Origin: a bacterium
GTDB lineage: Bacteria; Zhuqueibacterota; Zhuqueibacteria; Oceanimicrobiales; Oceanimicrobiaceae
DNA length: 14,717 nucleotides
Direction of reading: 5' to 3'
NCBI GenBank assembly: GCA_046757165.1
Contig: JBHHXT010000113.1
Location: 1 to 14,717, forward strand
The notes under the pieces are model-generated. The model was not told where the DNA came from, made no database searches, and saw nothing but the letters and a program-made list of their open reading frames with translations. The translations under genes were made by a program, and so were the position numbers. This document shows positions 1-7,827 of the stretch, piece after piece (positions within the stretch are counted from its first letter, which is position 1; each line of letters starts with the position of its first letter).

Positions 1-171
1 CAGTTTACCCACTTATTCTTTATTATGAGTGCTTTACTTTATTACTGCTAACGAGGAAAATATGCGACCATCTTATTTCACTACTCATACACACATGCAT
101 ATTTGTTAACGATGAACATTTCGCCGTCTGCATCGCGCTTGCAGCGTGTCAAGTATAGCTAGCCCAATCCA

Positions 172-2238
172 TTATTTCTTCGTTGTTGTTTTCAGACCTC
201 TTATCACCTTGAATTCGAGGTTCTCAAAGTCATCCTTTAGAACTTGTTCAATAAACTCATTTGCATTCCTCTTGGTCTGAAATCCACCGAATGTGGGTTT
301 GTCGCCATCGAGCAACACGAGATCATATGGTTTCAGTGCGGAGGTGAGCTTGTCGAGGTCCGGGTCCGCTGCCAGCTCGGTTTCCATCTGAATGGTCCAC
401 TGAAAATATTCGTTTGGCGTGGCCAGGGCTGCAAAATTAGCAGGGTCCTTCTCATCCTTGACCAGGAGAACCTTGACATTGCGGTTTCTGATTCTCGTAA
501 CGTTATTATAGCTATTGCCAACATCTGCACCGAGTTCACGTGGGAATGCGAACTCGCCAAAGTAAGACTTCTTCATTCGTTTTGACGCGATGTCCTGTTT
601 TTTCAAAAACGAATAAACGCGATTAGCCCTGCGCTTTGAAAGACCAAAGTTGTAGGTTTCCGGGCCTATATCACACGTGTGGCCCTTGAGACTGATCTTG
701 ATGAAAGGATTCTTCTTCAATATCTTGACGGTTGTTTGGAGGCTGCTGAGATAATGTTTGAATATATCGGCCGACTTGGTGAGTTTGCCTTTTTCATCCT
801 TTCTGAGCACCGACCGATCGAAGTCAAAATAAACGTCGTCAAAAGCTAACTCAACCTCTTGGCTGGCGCGAGCTCCGTCGCTCGTTCTTAGCAGAACGCT
901 ACTGCCGTAGATTTCCGGTTGTTTTCTTCTGTACGTGAGTTCGTAGAGATAGCTCGTGCTCCTACCAATGCGATTCAGGATATCGACAAGGGATTGATTG
1001 ATGTCGTAGCAATAGCCGTTGGTGGTGCTGGCGAATTCAGAGAAGCCCTCGTTGCGATTTCTCATGTCGACTACCGTGTTGAAGATCGTGTTATCAGCGC
1101 CGGCCAACTCCGTGAGCCTGTTCAGCACATCCTGTAAGCTCATCAGGCCGTATTTACCCCAGAGGAATGGTCGCTGGTCATAGTAAAAGTGCTCATCGGT
1201 CATCCACAGCACCTGTTTAATAGCCCCAGTCCTATAAGGAAAGCGAGTGGCCTCCCGAACGGCGACAATCGGATCCTCGAAGCCGCTACCATGAGAGGAG
1301 AGCACGAGCTGGCTTTTGAACCTGTTTAGATTGGTGGTGAAGTTGATGGCGTGATAAATCCTGTCTGAGTAATGTGCAAAGGCAATACGCGCGTCAATGC
1401 CGCGCGCTGCCAATGCATCGACGAATGAGTTGATGTTTTGTTCCAAGGTCTGGATATCATTATACATGCTGCCACTGTTGTCTATCATAAAAACGAAATC
1501 CACGGGAACGTTGCTTTTGCTTTCGATAAGTTTCAAAGAGAGAATGTCCACTTCCTCGCCATCCTCGGACAAGCGGATATCTTCTATCCGCAAGTCTTTT
1601 ATGAACCGGTTGTTCGAGGTTTCTCTGTAATCAAAGTATAGTTTTATCACTGGGTAGTCTTCGAAGTCTTCGCCCAGAATTGACATGCGCGAGGGAGCCT
1701 CAGAGACTAATTTCATCTTGTTCACAGTGCTGTCTTGCTGAGAGGTATAAACCTTTATCAATTCGAGAGCACTTTGGTTGAACGTGTTATCAGGATGCTC
1801 CTTTATGAATTGCTGCAACGCGGCAGCGCTTCCTTGCTCAGCAAAAGGTTGGAACTGCAAGCGGTCGCGTTCGGTTGTAGCTGCCGCAGCGAAAGGACTC
1901 TCGGGATAGTTCTTGATGAAGTTGTCATACAACTCCGCGTCATTTTTTTGCAGGCACTCAACAAAAGGATGACCATTGTATTTCTGTATGAACACAGCAA
2001 GACTATCCGCTTCCCCTTTGACCTCCATATATTTTATATACTTGATTCGCTCCGACGCATCCGCCACATAGGAATTGTCTGGGTATTTCGATATGAACTT
2101 CTGGTAAGCCTCGACCGTGTTTCTTTGACGATATGGTGAGTAAATCGACTCATCATCCTCTACTTTGTCCCCGGTTGTAGCACATGCAAACGAAAACAGC
2201 ATGACGCACGCGAAACCGAATATAGTCTGAACCTTCAT
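172..2238 (-). CDS. Lipoprotein with helical Y-x-x-F-I-x-x-Y-P repeats, vWA domain, OmpA-like C-terminal domain and possible SPOR-like tail (688 aa)
   Basis: Start moved from 2313 to ATG 2238 because CAGGAGG lies just upstream and MKVQTIFGFACVMLFSFAC is a signal peptide ending in a lipobox-like FAC. Four repeats (YQKFISKYPDNSY, LAVFIQKYNGHPF, YDNFIKNYPESPF, LQQFIKEHPDNTF); vWA MIDAS motif (VDFVFMIDNSGSM ... WMTDE); OmpA_C motifs VYFDFDRS, LKGHTCDIG, NFGLSKRRA, RNRNV. Confidence 0.85.
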   Translation of the reverse strand: MKVQTIFGFACVMLFSFACATTGDKVEDDESIYSPYRQRNTVEAYQKFISKYPDNSYVADASERIKYIKYMEVKGEADSLAVFIQKYNGHPFVECLQKNDAELYDNFIKNYPESPFAAAATTERDRLQFQPFAEQGSAAALQQFIKEHPDNTFNQSALELIKVYTSQQDSTVNKMKLVSEAPSRMSILGEDFEDYPVIKLYFDYRETSNNRFIKDLRIEDIRLSEDGEEVDILSLKLIESKSNVPVDFVFMIDNSGSMYNDIQTLEQNINSFVDALAARGIDARIAFAHYSDRIYHAINFTTNLNRFKSQLVLSSHGSGFEDPIVAVREATRFPYRTGAIKQVLWMTDEHFYYDQRPFLWGKYGLMSLQDVLNRLTELAGADNTIFNTVVDMRNRNEGFSEFASTTNGYCYDINQSLVDILNRIGRSTSYLYELTYRRKQPEIYGSSVLLRTSDGARASQEVELAFDDVYFDFDRSVLRKDEKGKLTKSADIFKHYLSSLQTTVKILKKNPFIKISLKGHTCDIGPETYNFGLSKRRANRVYSFLKKQDIASKRMKKSYFGEFAFPRELGADVGNSYNNVTRIRNRNVKVLLVKDEKDPANFAALATPNEYFQWTIQMETELAADPDLDKLTSALKPYDLVLLDGDKPTFGGFQTKRNANEFIEQVLKDDFENLEFKVIRGLKTTTKK

Positions 2239-2394
2239 GGTAACCTCCTGATTGCTAATAAGTTTATTCCCGGCTTTCATAGCCGCAGCTTGAGCAGCGC
2301 AGGATATGGCCACCGCATGCGGTTTCTCAACGAAATCTTTGCGGACACAGACATGTTCAGAAACCTAACCCGGCCAAGCTGGAACCAAACAGGA

Positions 2395-2458
2395 AACGGC
2401 GAACTAACGCGAATGGAATCAACATACTATTGGCGTTTATTCGTGTTCATTAGCGGTT
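2395..2458. repeat. Degenerate 10-bp-period inverted repeat element (ATTCGCGTTY type)
   Basis: ATTGGCGTTT/ATTCGTGTTC/ATTAGCGGTT at 2429-2458 is imperfectly complementary to AACGGCGAACTAACGCGAAT at 2395-2414. Confidence 0.5.
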
Positions 2459-2472
2459 GTCAAACCTGTACA

Positions 2473-2494
2473 GTAAAGTCTTTCAGGACTTTAC
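2473..2494. repeat. Perfect 8-bp hairpin (REP-like or leader structure)
   Basis: GTAAAGTC-TTTCAG-GACTTTAC, with no adjoining U-tract. Confidence 0.45.
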
Positions 2495-2706
2495 AACTCA
2501 CGGCCTAACTGCCTACCACACCGCTCAAGGGGCGATATCCTGAGACTGGATAAGTCCGATGCCCGATACCCGGGAGCATTTGAGAAACAAAACTATCCAT
2601 CTGTTCACGATCACGTTGCTTTCTCCCTTCCCGAAAACCAGAGGTCGTCGCCGCAGATGAATTTGTCGAGAGTGGGAATCGTAGGTGAAAAAACTGGGAG
2701 TAACAA

Positions 2707-2735
2707 AAAGTAGGATAAAGTGACCAAAATGTCAA
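2707..2735 (-). promoter_or_regulatory. Sigma70-like promoter upstream of the vWA/OmpA lipoprotein gene
   Basis: Minus strand reads TTGACA (2735-2730), 17 nt, TACTTT (2712-2707), with an AT-rich stretch upstream. Confidence 0.55.
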
Positions 2736-2807
2736 GAAAAAATTCAGGCGATAGTCAAATATCGCGCCTGAGCAGACCAGCCCGCGGAAGGCGAGGGCCC
2801 TCACCGC

Positions 2808-3470
2808 TCAGATCAACCGCTCCCTGAGCGCCTTGGCCACGACATCGATTTGTGAGTGAACCTGTAGTTTGGTGTAGATGTTTTTGAGGTGGGTATCGAC
2901 GGTATACAAACTGATGTGCAGATGGTCGGCGATGTGTTTTTTGCTCATGCCATTGACCAGGTGCTGTAGGATTTCCTTTTCCCGCTGGGTCAGGCCATAT
3001 TCCTTTTTCGGTTGCGAGTATTCGGTGAACATTTTCAAAACCTTGGCGGCAATGTGCGGGCTCATGGCCGCCCCGCCGCGCACGACATCCGCGATGTAAC
3101 GGCAAATATTCTCCGAAGAAGCAGACTTCAACAGATAGCCTGACGCTCCCTGACAAACCGCATTGAAGATTTTGTCATCATCATCGAAAACCGTCAGCAT
3201 GATGATACGGGAGGCAGGCGAAAGCGCTTTGAAATGCTGGATGCCTTCAATGCCGCTCATGCCGGGCAGGTCGATATCCAGCAGCAAAATCTCTGGCACG
3301 AAATCGCTTTCGATGGCCGCGAGCGCCTCTTCACAGGACTCATAGACGCGTTCACACTTGAGCGTCTCACTCTCGTTGATGAGCTCTTGAATAGATTCCC
3401 GAAAAAGCGCATCATCCTCGACAACCATGACGTTGATGGGATCAGGGATTTGCTTTTTTTCATCTTCCAT
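2808..3470 (-). CDS. NarL/FixJ (LuxR-HTH) family DNA-binding response regulator (220 aa)
   Basis: Receiver motifs VMVVEDD, LLLDIDLPGMSG and GASGYLLK; LuxR HTH LTQREKEILQHLVNGMSKKHIADHLHISLYTVDTHLKNIYTKLQV. Confidence 0.95.
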   Translation of the reverse strand: MEDEKKQIPDPINVMVVEDDALFRESIQELINESETLKCERVYESCEEALAAIESDFVPEILLLDIDLPGMSGIEGIQHFKALSPASRIIMLTVFDDDDKIFNAVCQGASGYLLKSASSENICRYIADVVRGGAAMSPHIAAKVLKMFTEYSQPKKEYGLTQREKEILQHLVNGMSKKHIADHLHISLYTVDTHLKNIYTKLQVHSQIDVVAKALRERLI

Positions 3471-3534
3471 AGCAGGCTCTTTATTTTTGGTTTACCTCAG
3501 TCGTATCGGATTGTGTTCTTCTCTTCAATGGGAG

Positions 3535-3592
3535 GTGGCAATCTCACTGCGCAACGAGGGAGATTGCTTCGCAAAAAGCGCTCGGAATGACA
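3535..3592. repeat. Partial GCAATCTC/GAGATTGCTTCG...AATGAC palindromic (RPE/REP-like) element
   Basis: GCAATCTC (3538-3545) pairs with GAGATTGC (3560-3567) and is followed by TTCGCAAAAAGCGCTCGGAATGACA. This resembles, from memory, a widespread intergenic repeat; its left arm is missing here. Confidence 0.55.
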
Positions 3593-3675
3593 TTTCTTGC
3601 GGACTTTTTTGGAACGATAAACACAGTCGGAGACTGTGTTGGATCGTTAACCGCACTCGACTGATGTCATATGCC

Positions 3676-3721
3676 AAAGTAGGCAACTCTGGCGGGAAAC
3701 GCCATACCGTGATCGCGGTAT
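3676..3721 (-). promoter_or_regulatory. Candidate response-regulator operator (7-2-7 palindrome) plus -10 box facing the response regulator gene
   Basis: ATACCGTGATCGCGGTAT at 3704-3721 is palindromic with one mismatched pair. On the minus strand TACTTT (3681-3676) follows the 16-bp core after 23 nt. A second copy with the same geometry is at 10131. Confidence 0.7.
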
Positions 3722-3958
3722 TTTAGGGTACGGCGTCCGTCTTACGTCGTTCGTCACTGTTAGGCAGCAAAATATGTCACCCCTCGTATGTCAAAAGTGC
3801 AAAACAAAACAGTCCTAACCCAGAAGTTATTCCGCTGAACGTCAAGAGGGGTGTTCTATCTTATCAGCAAATTGCGTAAAACGGAAGCGGCACCCGTATT
3901 TTGGCGGCCGGGACAGATGCTCAGGGGAAGGTTCTGATAATTCAATGGAAGAATCAGA

Positions 3959-4306
3959 TCATGCAAAGGACGTATCGAAAAGGTCGATAGTCCAGGCAAT
4001 CGCGAGAAGAACCTCAGCCAATAGTTGATTATGAAGGCGTCCGAGCTTTCGTTCCAGATAGTTCACTTCAATTGGCTGAATCAGATGGGTCTGCACAATC
4101 GTGTCTTTGGTCAGCCCCGCGGCACCGGCAGGGATAAAAACATGATTTGCCAAAAGGGCTCGCTCCTCTACGCGAGAGGATGTACAAGGTACAACCAATA
4201 CAAGTCGTCCGCGGTTGAGCTCATTGCGAGAAACGATAATTGCCGGACGTTCCCATCCCTTATGAAATTCTGCCCACCAGATTTCACCCTGCCGGGATAA
4301 GCCACG
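3959..4306 (-). pseudogene. PemK/MazF family type II toxin; full domain present but no in-frame start codon
   Basis: Frame 4306-3959 reads RGLSRQGEIWWAEFHKGWERPAIIVSRNELNRGRLVLVVPCTSS...GLTKDTIVQTHLIQPIEVNYLERKLGRL, the PemK pattern (GEIWW, RPAIIVS, VVPxTS). GTG at 4305-4303 is one base out of frame; one extra C in the CCC run (GGG 4294-4296 on +) would give MAYPRQGEIWW. Confidence 0.75.
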
Positions 4307-4522
4307 TCATTCCCCCAGGTCTTGAAGCTGGATAGCGAGGCGGCCGCGGCACGCCCTTACGAACTCGACATCTTCTTCCTCGATTTTCTCTGGCAGCAAT
4401 TTCTTCTTATTCCCCGTATGAGGTTCAAGAATGGTGATTACAACCCGCGAGCCATCTGCTACTTTTAACGCTTCCGGCAATTTTATGACACCCTTTTGAA
4501 CGATTCCCTTTAACGTAATCAT
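4307..4522 (-). CDS. Putative antitoxin, AF2212/DUF104-like (AbrB-type fold), 71 aa
   Basis: MITLKGIVQKGVIKLPEALKVADGSRVVITI resembles the DUF104 pattern; acidic C-terminal patch (EKIEEEDVE); lies directly upstream of a PemK/MazF toxin frame. Confidence 0.7.
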   Translation of the reverse strand: MITLKGIVQKGVIKLPEALKVADGSRVVITILEPHTGNKKKLLPEKIEEEDVEFVRACRGRLAIQLQDLGE

Positions 4523-4629
4523 CTTAATTATTTGTTTTTAGTAAAATACGACCATGTCTTATGAAATGTTGAATATCTTAAACATACGTTGATGAAGGAG
4601 AAAAAACAACAAAAAATTTGCCAACGTGG

Positions 4630-7600
4630 CTACGACCGATTCGACCTGCTCCCCCCTTTGACTCTCAGCTCGACTTCTGTCCCCTCGCCAGGTCGGGAGC
4701 GCAGGGCGACCGTCCCGCCCATCTCCAGTGCCCGGCGCTCGAAGTTTTCCAGGCCATTGCCGCGGGGGGTGGCGTCCACATCGAAACCGACGCCGTCATC
4801 CACAATCTGCATGAGCAGAGTATCTTCATCTTCGCTCAGCGCCAGGACAATGTCCACCTTGCTCGCCAGCGAATGTTTCACAATGTTCTGCAGACTCTCT
4901 TTGTAGATCAAGAACAAATTTCGCCGGAAATTCAAGTCTGTTTCAAACGCCATCTCCACCTTCGGGGTCTGAAAGGTGAAGTCACAGAACTCGAGCATGA
5001 GATTGGCGGTTTCCCGCATCTTTATCCAGAGTTTGTCCAGGCTGTCGTTTGCCGGGTTGACAAACCAGACGATGTCCCGCATGGAATTGGCCGTCTGCTG
5101 CGCCACTCCCTGGATATCTTTCAGGCGATTTCTTTCGTGATCTTCGATTTTGGTTTTTCTCTGCAGGGTCTGACTGATCATGGCGATGCTGCTGAGATTG
5201 CTGCCAATTTCATCGTGCAAGTCGCTGGCGATCCGGCGGCGCATGTGCTCCTTTTCCACTTCTTGCTTCGCCTCGGTGGCTCTGGCCTGCAGCTCAGCCG
5301 CTTCCGCCCGTAGTGTGGCCTCCCTCAAGCTTGCGCGCTCCCGTTCCCGTTGCAGCGCCTCCTCGGCCCTACGCTGATACTGTTTGACCTGAAGATTCGT
5401 AAAGCCGGCCAGACCCAATGCACCCGTGACAAGATATAACGCATACGCCCACCAGGTGCGGTACCAGGGGGGCAAAATAGCAAACTCGAACACATCCTGC
5501 CGGCTGATGTGGCCATAAAGGTTCCTGGCGCGCACACGGAATCGATAGTCATTTTCCGGCAGGTTGGTGTAATCTTTTTTCACCTCCCGGGTCCAGGCCG
5601 ACCACTCCGGCTCGAACCCTTCCAGCCGGTACTGATATTCATTCTCGGGCACCGCATCGTAAGAGGTGGCGGCAGCCTCAAACCGCATGGCGTTGTTTTC
5701 ATACGCCAGAACAGGGGAAACCCCTCCCTGACTCTCCTGATGTGAGACTTTCTTTCCTGCGAAAATGACGGAATCCCCGTTCACCGTCACCCGCCTGATG
5801 ATTGCCTGAAAATCCTGCGCGTAGTTTTTGTTGGTCGCCGGGTCATAGCGGGCAATCCCTTCGCTGCCTCCGATCCAGACCGTGCCATCTTCCTCTGGAT
5901 AGATGGCAAAGACGATGCCGACATCGGCGATGCGCCGGAAGGGTGCGGACTGCCAGACGAAGGACCCGTCCGGTTGCGGCGCAGCGTAGCCGATCATTCT
6001 CTGCTTTTCCTTGCGCGAGAAAATCCACACCCTGCTCTGGCTGTCCTCGACGATGCGCCCGACATAGCGCACGGTATCGGCGAACACGGCGCCATACGTC
6101 GAGTCCGGAGCAAAAGTGCCATTTTTGGCGTCAAAGGTGCGGATGCCACGCTCGGTGCCAAAAACCACACGGCCGGCGATATTGAACACATTCACCTCCC
6201 CAACGGGCAGCTTGTCTTCTTTAAACCTGGTGACAGTGGCCTGAAACCACCCGTTGTCCGGCGGTTTGGACAGGTCCAATCCTTGCACCAGGAAGGCGCC
6301 TTCGACATTCGTTCCCAACCACAAATTGCCGGCCTCATCCCCGGCGATTGAGCGGATTTCCACGGGGATGTCTTTGACGCGTCCGGCGTTCATCCAGCGG
6401 CCATTTGTTCTCTTCAGGACGGCCAATCCGTCTGTCAGCCCCACAAGAATGTGGTCGGGATCGTGTTTGCGGTGGTAGAAGGAAAAGGCCCTGGTGCTTG
6501 CGGACTGGATCCGCTCTGCCCTTTCGCCATGGATTTCATAAACCCCATCGTCAGTTGCTGCCAGCAACAGGTCCCCTTCTGAAAACAACGACCAGGAGAA
6601 TGCTGCAATGTTTGCAACAGATTCGAAAGAAGGCCCCTTATCCTGGCCTGGCGGCCTGGCCGCCAGATAGTACACGCCGCGATGGGTGGCCGCATACAGG
6701 ATTCCCTGGTGTCTGAGAATGTATTCCACGCCGCCTTCAAGACCCGTTTCCGAACCGAAGCGGGTGAACGGCGACGAAATCTCTACCCGGGCAAGGCCGT
6801 TCAAGAGTGACAGCCACAGCGCGCCTTCCCGGTCCACAAAGGTGAAGATGACGGTCTGGTCGCGTAAACCGGAGGCCATGTCCAGTTTTTGCAGCCATCG
6901 CCCTTTCCTGTCGACCACGGCCGCACCGCCCCGGATGGTGCCAAAAACGTAATCCCCATTTGCCAGGCGTGTGCCGCTGTAGATCATGTTGGTTTTCAAG
7001 AATTCGTCGGCCTCTGCTTTGAACGGCGTGAAGGAGGCGCCATCATACAAAAACACCCCCTGAGACCGCGTCCCGACAAGCAACGTGCCGCCGTCTGCAT
7101 AGGGAAACATCGTATCCATCCGTTCGGTGGCGAACTTCTCTCCTCCGGGAAGCAACGCCGGCGCTTCACCAGCGACGCGCATCAAGCCGACATTTTTTTC
7201 GGCGTAATAGAGGGTGTCTCTGACGACTTGTGAGTAGGAATGGGCGTCGATTGGCCAACTTTTGAAGGCATCGTGTGCCCAGAGAAAGAGCTTCTTGACC
7301 GTAAAGAAATAGACGCCATGTCGGGTGGCATGGACGCGCCAGACATCGGCAAAATTGCGGTTTTCTTGCGGGATGCGATCTTCCAACGAGATGAATCGCA
7401 TCGATCCGGTTGAATCGGGCGCCAAATAGCCCAGACCCTGTTCCGCGCCGACGTAGACCACGCCCGTGCTGTCGATGGTCAACGCAATGACCGCCGAGTT
7501 TTTGTCAGTTGTGATGTGGCGCCAGGAGACGCCGTCGTACTCCATCACGCCCCAGTTGTTGCCGACGTAGATGATGCCGCGCTCATCCTGAACGATGGCC

Positions 7601-7776
7601 CAATTCTGCTGATGGGCGTCATATTCTTTGTAGCCGAAATTTCGGATGTAGAGCCGCCCGGCTTCAAGGGAGCGCCCGTTTTGAAAATGGTGTGCACCGG
7701 CTGAATCAGGCCACCAAAATAGTGTGATCAGATATGAAGAAGTTGCCAGGAGACGAAAAAAGGACACTGGCTTCAT
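4630..7776 (-). CDS. Membrane sensor histidine kinase: periplasmic beta-propeller repeats, Y_Y_Y, TM, HisKA_3, HATPase_c (1048 aa)
   Basis: Signal peptide; propeller repeats (DERGIIYVGN, DREGALWL, DEAGNLWLGT, EEDGTVWIGG); Y_Y_Y (YQYRLEGFEPEWS...YTNLPENDYRFRVRARN); PPWYRTWWAY followed by a TM helix; RRRIASDLHDEIGSNLS H-box; KESLQNIVKHS N-box; DDGVGFD and GNGLEN G-boxes. Confidence 0.95.
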   Translation of the reverse strand: MKPVSFFRLLATSSYLITLFWWPDSAGAHHFQNGRSLEAGRLYIRNFGYKEYDAHQQNWAIVQDERGIIYVGNNWGVMEYDGVSWRHITTDKNSAVIALTIDSTGVVYVGAEQGLGYLAPDSTGSMRFISLEDRIPQENRNFADVWRVHATRHGVYFFTVKKLFLWAHDAFKSWPIDAHSYSQVVRDTLYYAEKNVGLMRVAGEAPALLPGGEKFATERMDTMFPYADGGTLLVGTRSQGVFLYDGASFTPFKAEADEFLKTNMIYSGTRLANGDYVFGTIRGGAAVVDRKGRWLQKLDMASGLRDQTVIFTFVDREGALWLSLLNGLARVEISSPFTRFGSETGLEGGVEYILRHQGILYAATHRGVYYLAARPPGQDKGPSFESVANIAAFSWSLFSEGDLLLAATDDGVYEIHGERAERIQSASTRAFSFYHRKHDPDHILVGLTDGLAVLKRTNGRWMNAGRVKDIPVEIRSIAGDEAGNLWLGTNVEGAFLVQGLDLSKPPDNGWFQATVTRFKEDKLPVGEVNVFNIAGRVVFGTERGIRTFDAKNGTFAPDSTYGAVFADTVRYVGRIVEDSQSRVWIFSRKEKQRMIGYAAPQPDGSFVWQSAPFRRIADVGIVFAIYPEEDGTVWIGGSEGIARYDPATNKNYAQDFQAIIRRVTVNGDSVIFAGKKVSHQESQGGVSPVLAYENNAMRFEAAATSYDAVPENEYQYRLEGFEPEWSAWTREVKKDYTNLPENDYRFRVRARNLYGHISRQDVFEFAILPPWYRTWWAYALYLVTGALGLAGFTNLQVKQYQRRAEEALQRERERASLREATLRAEAAELQARATEAKQEVEKEHMRRRIASDLHDEIGSNLSSIAMISQTLQRKTKIEDHERNRLKDIQGVAQQTANSMRDIVWFVNPANDSLDKLWIKMRETANLMLEFCDFTFQTPKVEMAFETDLNFRRNLFLIYKESLQNIVKHSLASKVDIVLALSEDEDTLLMQIVDDGVGFDVDATPRGNGLENFERRALEMGGTVALRSRPGEGTEVELRVKGGSRSNRS

Positions 7777-7827
7777 CTAGCCCTCACGAGTTTGCCTCTT
7801 ATCGCTGCCAGTTTAGTGAGAATTTTG

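Noticed and set aside
124..152. Minus-strand TTGACA at 152-147
   Set aside because: No -10 at 16-18 bp, and no open frame leaving the window that I could support.
2239..2313. 25-aa N-terminal extension from ATG 2313 in the ORF track
   Set aside because: The RBS and lipoprotein signal peptide fit ATG 2238, and the extension overlaps palindromic intergenic DNA.
2532..2575. Degenerate heptamer-like repeats (CCGATGC CCGATAC)
   Set aside because: Only two or three poor units; not distinguishable from chance.
2505..2804. 99-aa minus-strand ORF downstream of the response regulator
   Set aside because: No RBS or motif, and it runs through a promoter-like AT-rich region.
3759..3817. GTTAGGC and CCTAAC resembling integron attC core sites near the TA module
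   Set aside because: The order is wrong for RYYYAAC...GTTRRRY, I found no paired L boxes, and there is no integrase in the window.
3959..4198. 79-aa TTG-start ORF as the complete toxin
   Set aside because: It lacks the N-terminal GEIWW/RPAIIVS part of the PemK fold, which is encoded upstream in the same frame.
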